From Pseudomonadota bacterium (lineage in GTDB: Bacteria > Bdellovibrionota > FAC87 > UBA2466): DNA of 11,072 nt. The translations under genes and the position numbers were made by a program. Below, piece by piece: positions 7,248-11,072 of this stretch. The notes below the pieces were generated by a model. That model did not search any database and was not told the origin of the DNA. It worked only from the letters and a program-made list of their open reading frames with translations. How positions within the stretch are numbered: position 1 is the first letter of the stretch; every line of letters begins with the position of its first letter. The DNA is taken from the NCBI GenBank assembly GCA_043767805.1, contig JAYUGC010000128.1:1-11072 (forward strand). Direction: 5' to 3'.

Positions 7248-7724
7248 ATGCGCTTCCGATACCCGACCGAGCGGAAGTACCAAGGCCTTCCGGTCCAGCT
7301 GAAGTACGCCATGGGGCTGACTCTAGTGGCTGGCTTCACCACCCTGGTGATGATCTTCGTGATGGCCTGGTTCATTCAGCGTAACTACAACCTCTTCATG
7401 GGCGACGAGCTGGGAGTTTCCGCCCAAGTGATCGAGGTCGTGCGCCGCGAGCAGAAGCTCCTCGAAATTTCACTTTTCATCTTGTTTCTCTTCTCCATCA
7501 CGGTGATGTTCACCGCGACGTTCTACGCGACCCGCAAACTCACCGGCCCAGTCGTCGCCCTCCAGCGTCAACTCTGGCTGTATAGCCGCGGCGACTGGAC
7601 GCGCGACTTCCGCCTGCGTCATAACGACGAGTTCAAGGAGCTGGAAGGCATCGTGAACCAGGTGAGACAAAATCACCTGGAGTCCGTAAAACCTAAAGCA
7701 CTTATAGAATCCTCGACCGCCTGA
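7248..7724 (+). CDS. Small two-TM membrane protein with a C-terminal HAMP-like domain and no output domain, 158 aa
   Basis: ATG 7248 lies 5 nt after the upstream stop; the ORF-track start at 7122 overlaps the ATPase and is unlikely. TM1 YAMGLTLVAGFTTLVMIFVMAWFI, TM2 ISLFILFLFSITVMFTATFYA, then the HAMP-like TRKLTGPVVALQRQL..YSRGDW...RLRHNDEFKELEGIVNQV. Confidence 0.82.
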   Translation: MRFRYPTERKYQGLPVQLKYAMGLTLVAGFTTLVMIFVMAWFIQRNYNLFMGDELGVSAQVIEVVRREQKLLEISLFILFLFSITVMFTATFYATRKLTGPVVALQRQLWLYSRGDWTRDFRLRHNDEFKELEGIVNQVRQNHLESVKPKALIESSTA

Positions 7725-7731
7725 GGATCTC

Positions 7732-8538
7732 TTATTTCGTAATCCGGCAGGACTTCGGATCCAGGCGGTAGTAATCGCTTCCTACCCGAATCGCGAGCTG
7801 GCCCGATCCCTTGTCGAGGTAGCCGCGCGTAAATGGATCGAAACCCGTGGTCTCCTTCGAGAAGCCCCGCTTACCCGAGCAGAATCCCACCAGACTATCT
7901 CCATCGTAGAAAAAGACCGAGCGCGTGCCAACGACGAGAGTCGAGAAATACGTCCTCCCGACGGGCTCATTCGTCAGCTGATTGCCATCCAAAACGAACA
8001 AAGTTCCGCCGTCGTAAAAGACGGTGAACCGATCCGTGCTCTCCATCCGCGTGTTGAGGTTTTTGCGAGCCGCTTTCTTCTTATGAAATTTCCCGTCGTA
8101 CACGACAAACGATTCGCCGTCGTAGAAAGAAACACTGTCTTTCGCGGCGGAACCTTGCGCGAAATTAAATCCCGCGGCGGCCTTCTCCTGCGAAAACCCC
8201 CGGCGCTTACTGTCAAAGACGACCAATGCCTCTCCGTCGTATAGCCCGGCGAAACGCTCATTGACCACGACCACGGCGCGGCGAAAGTTCCGCTTTACCG
8301 CCCGGCCCTCGAACGTTTGAGTGCGCCCATCGAATACCGTAAGAGCCTCGCCGTCGTAAATCGCGGAAAGAGACGCACCGCACGCCACCCTCGTTCCCGA
8401 AAAATTCGCCGCCACCGGCTGCTTGAAAAGTTTCGCCCGGTGAATCACCGAGAAATTCTGCCCGTCATACTGGCAAGCGCCCGTGGCTTGCGCCGTCATC
8501 GCCCCAAAGAGAAATACTGCCGCCAACCCCAACCGCAT
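7732..8538 (-). CDS. Secreted hypothetical protein with six ~35-38-aa 'YDG' repeats (probable beta-propeller), 268 aa
   Basis: Signal peptide MRLGLAAVFLFGAMTAQA. Repeats: QYDGQNFSVIH, IYDGEALTVFD, LYDGEALVVFD, FYDGESFVVYD, FYDGGTLFVLD, FYDGDSLVGFC. Strong SD (GAGGAGG, 8553-8547) 8 nt upstream of the ATG. Confidence 0.85.
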   Translation of the reverse strand: MRLGLAAVFLFGAMTAQATGACQYDGQNFSVIHRAKLFKQPVAANFSGTRVACGASLSAIYDGEALTVFDGRTQTFEGRAVKRNFRRAVVVVNERFAGLYDGEALVVFDSKRRGFSQEKAAAGFNFAQGSAAKDSVSFYDGESFVVYDGKFHKKKAARKNLNTRMESTDRFTVFYDGGTLFVLDGNQLTNEPVGRTYFSTLVVGTRSVFFYDGDSLVGFCSGKRGFSKETTGFDPFTRGYLDKGSGQLAIRVGSDYYRLDPKSCRITK

Positions 8539-8541
8539 AGT

Positions 8542-8886
8542 CTAGTCCTCCTCATCCGCCAAAAATTTGAACGGGTTCTCGTCAAACGCGTCCTCGCCCC
8601 CGTAATCGACGATATCGTGCTGGTTCTCCACCACCAGGTAATCCCCGATGAAGAGCCGGTTCGTCTCCTCGAGCTTCTGCTTTACATAAGAAGCAGACCC
8701 GCCCGCGTACACATAACCGATACTGCCGCGCTTTACCTCCTCGCCGTAGCCGGCTTCGGTCACACTGAAACCCTCGTTGCGCAGCTTTTGAACGAGACTC
8801 TGCAACACGCGTTTCTTATCTTTGAGCGACTGCGCGTGTCTCAAATGGAGAGTCAATCTCCCCACGCCCACCACGAACTCCGTCAT
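8542..8886 (-). CDS. ylxP: DUF503 (YlxP-like) protein, 114 aa
   Basis: VVGVGRLTLHLRHAQSLKDKKRVLQSLVQKLRN..FSVTEAG matches the DUF503 signature (SLK.KR..L.SL...LR..F.VSVAE). Start reassigned to ATG 8886 with GGAG 8 nt upstream. The ORF-track extension to 9123 overlaps the divergent nuclease gene. Confidence 0.85.
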   Translation of the reverse strand: MTEFVVGVGRLTLHLRHAQSLKDKKRVLQSLVQKLRNEGFSVTEAGYGEEVKRGSIGYVYAGGSASYVKQKLEETNRLFIGDYLVVENQHDIVDYGGEDAFDENPFKFLADEED

Positions 8887-8937
8887 ATCGCATTCTCCGA
8901 ACCGGTATGTTATTCGTGCCCACAGGAAAGTCACCCC
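8887..8937. promoter_or_regulatory. 51-bp divergent intergenic region with two back-to-back ribosome-binding sites
   Basis: Minus-strand GGAG at 8898-8895 serves DUF503. Plus-strand AGGAAAG at 8924-8930 lies 7 nt before GTG 8938. Promoter boxes are not confidently identifiable. Confidence 0.5.
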
Positions 8938-11072
8938 GTGAAAGACGACACACCGCACATACTCTTTGAGCGCACCACCCGAGCCACCCTGTTCCGCGCG
9001 CTCAATCCGGGCTACGCGGGCCTGGTGCTTTCCTTGGACGAGCTCGTGCCCGCTCCCGAGGGCGACGCCCCCGAGCGTCTCGCGTTTTTGAAAGGGCATT
9101 TGCCCGAAGAAGCCTCGGCGCAAGCCGAAGACTTTCTCGCGGCCCTCGAAGAGCTTCGTGCCGCACCGCTCGCGGGCGCCGAGGACTTGGATTTCGCTTT
9201 TTCGCTCATGCCCGAGAGCCCCAAGAACCGAGCGCTAAAAAGCCTCCTGCGCTTTTACCTGGGCTCTCCCTTGGCCGAGGACCGCACCGCTCGTCTGATG
9301 AGCCTTGCCGAGAGCTGGAGACGCGGCGAGCCCGCCCCCGCCGCCGGAAGCTGGCGAGTGATTCCCGACTCCGCGAGGCCAGAAGGTCTCGTCGATTTGA
9401 CGCGCGCTCTTCAAGCAGCCGAAGGGGTCGTCGAAGCGCGTACCGCGGATCCCTGGTCCGTGGCCCTGCTCGAAGAGGGCAAACACCGATCCGTTAACTT
9501 CCCCTTCACGGTGCCTCGAAGCTTGGAGACCGTGGCGCTTCTCGCGGCCCGCGCCGAAAAAAGCGTCGTCCTCTTTCAAGGATCGGAAGCGGAGCGCGCT
9601 TGGCTGACGTTTAGCCTCGCCGCCAAAGGCCTTCGCGTCCACGACTGGCTCGCGCCGCCCGAACCGGCTCATACGCTCGGCATCAGCGCGGGCAGCGTCT
9701 ATCTCACTAGTTTAAGAAAATCAGCCGAGCTTCCGCTCTCTGAAATTTTGCGGCTGAACCATCTGCTTTGCGAGAACGGCGCGCCGCTTTGGGACGAGCC
9801 CACGTGGAACCGCTCGATCGCACGCCTCGCCGAGACGAAAAGCCTCAAAGAAGCGGAGCTCGCGTTTCTTAAAGGATTGAGCACTCCTTCCGACACTTCG
9901 CTTGCCCCGAAAGACAGGCGGGGAGAAGCGCGAGTGTCCCTACTTCCTTTTCCCGGCGTCTCGCTTCCCGCCGCGCTTCCCGTCTTCATTCATGTGAATA
10001 AAAACGCCATGCCTCGGCCCGAATCTAGCTCGCTCATCCGTGAGGCAGAGCGCGAAGGGCTCGCGGCGGCGGGATTTTATTTGCCGCGCGCCTCGATGTT
10101 ACGCGCCGAAGGCCGAAGCGCTTGGGAATTTTGGGGAAAGCCCGCGCCCACTCGCCGCTGGCTCTTTGGCGCCGAGTCGGTCTCGTCACCTCACCGCGCG
10201 TTTCGGCTCCCGCGATCTCCCGAGCCGCCGCCCGTCGTGGAGACTCCGCTTCCGGTCGAGCGCGACAAACCGCTTTCGGCGACGCAAATTGAAACCTACG
10301 CTCGTTGCCCGGCTCGCTATTGGTTCGGCCACCGGCTGAAACTCCGGCGCACGGACCGAGACGGCGCGGGCTATCCCTTGGTCCTGGGTCAAGTCGTACA
10401 CAAAGCTCTCGAGACTAGTTTCACCGCGAGCCCCGAGATTCCCGACGAGACGACCTGGAAAGACGCCCTCCCCGCGGCCTTTACCATGGCCCTCGCCGAA
10501 GAAGCGCCGGAAGTCGCGCCCACGTCCCGGCTCGCCGCCGAGCTGCGGGGCCCGTTTTTGGATCTCCTAGCTGAAGTTCCCCGCCTGGAGCGCGAGATGC
10601 GCGCGGCACTCGGCAATCGCTTCACCCCGTTTGCGTTCGAAAAAGACTTCACTCTCGAACTGGACGGCGTGCGCCTCCGCGGAAAAATCGATCGCATCGA
10701 CCGGAGCCCCGAGGGCGATCTGCTCATTCTCGATTACAAGACGGGACTCGTCGATTTTTCGCCGGGGCAGATTTCCCAGGGCAAAAGCTTTCAGGCCCTC
10801 ATCTATCTGATTGCCGCGCAAAAGATGTTCGGCCGCGCTCCGGTCGGCATGCTCTTTTACGATTTGAAGGGCGGGGAAATCCGGCGCGGCATTTTGCACG
10901 AAGAGGCTTTCCCGCCCGAGACCAAAAAGGCCATCACCCGCGGCCACGTCTTGAACGAGGCCGCCTTCGAGGCCATCGGCGAGGCGGGCTGGGCGCAGCT
11001 GAAACAAATCGCAGAGCGCATCGATCGCGGGGAGTTCGCGGCCACCCCCACGTCCGACAACTGCGGCCGTTG
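8938..11072 (+). CDS. addB: AddB/RexB-like PD-(D/E)XK nuclease family protein (3'-truncated by window end, >711 aa)
   Basis: Manual translation shows no stop in this frame from GTG 8938 to the window end. The C-terminal domain has LSATQIETYARCPARYW, GQVVHKALE, FEKDF..ELDGVRLRGKIDRID...LLILDYKTG, FQALIY and terminal GEFAATP...NCGR(C?). These are RecB-family nuclease motifs plus the Cys pattern of the AddB Fe-S staple. The gene is absent from the ORF track because it has no stop in the window. Confidence 0.85.
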   Translation, partial: MKDDTPHILFERTTRATLFRALNPGYAGLVLSLDELVPAPEGDAPERLAFLKGHLPEEASAQAEDFLAALEELRAAPLAGAEDLDFAFSLMPESPKNRALKSLLRFYLGSPLAEDRTARLMSLAESWRRGEPAPAAGSWRVIPDSARPEGLVDLTRALQAAEGVVEARTADPWSVALLEEGKHRSVNFPFTVPRSLETVALLAARAEKSVVLFQGSEAERAWLTFSLAAKGLRVHDWLAPPEPAHTLGISAGSVYLTSLRKSAELPLSEILRLNHLLCENGAPLWDEPTWNRSIARLAETKSLKEAELAFLKGLSTPSDTSLAPKDRRGEARVSLLPFPGVSLPAALPVFIHVNKNAMPRPESSSLIREAEREGLAAAGFYLPRASMLRAEGRSAWEFWGKPAPTRRWLFGAESVSSPHRAFRLPRSPEPPPVVETPLPVERDKPLSATQIETYARCPARYWFGHRLKLRRTDRDGAGYPLVLGQVVHKALETSFTASPEIPDETTWKDALPAAFTMALAEEAPEVAPTSRLAAELRGPFLDLLAEVPRLEREMRAALGNRFTPFAFEKDFTLELDGVRLRGKIDRIDRSPEGDLLILDYKTGLVDFSPGQISQGKSFQALIYLIAAQKMFGRAPVGMLFYDLKGGEIRRGILHEEAFPPETKKAITRGHVLNEAAFEAIGEAGWAQLKQIAERIDRGEFAATPTSDNCGR

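Noticed and set aside
8245..8937. Stop-free upstream extension of the addB reading frame across DUF503 and part of the YDG gene
   Set aside because: It is a shadow frame antisense to two real genes, common in GC-rich DNA. The translation has no recognisable motifs and a good RBS precedes GTG 8938.
8887..9123. N-terminal extension of DUF503 in the ORF track
   Set aside because: It is antisense to the start of the AddB-like gene. DUF503 similarity begins at MTEFVVG (8886), which has its own SD.
1..11072. CRISPR-Cas adaptation locus (reading the PD-(D/E)XK Fe-S nuclease as Cas4)
   Set aside because: No repeat-spacer array or other cas genes. The protein is >700 aa with AddB-like architecture.

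Overview
Bacterial chromosomal window, moderately GC-rich. The gene content is suggestive of a Bdellovibrionota/Myxococcota-type organism, but that is inference only. It contains: (1) a 1686-aa secreted modular surface protein with a signal peptide, a delta-60-like beta-propeller interrupted by three ~62-aa Thr-rich inserts, 8 IPT/TIG domains each with C-x12-C, and a 7-blade Kelch propeller; (2) directly downstream, a frameshifted relic of an alternative final Kelch blade plus stop codon; (3) a tightly coupled trio of two ArsA/Get3-family ATPases with complementary degenerate motifs and a 2-TM HAMP protein with no output domain; (4) on the minus strand, a DUF503/YlxP gene closely linked to a secreted 'YDG'-repeat protein; (5) a divergent AddB/RexB-like PD-(D/E)XK nuclease that runs off the window end and is missing from the ORF track. 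The most notable signal is a sharp third-codon-position GC drop at the propeller/IPT junction of the giant gene together with the orphan Kelch tail behind its stop. Together these suggest the C-terminal module was swapped in by recombination. No RNA genes, CRISPR arrays or mobile elements could be supported.
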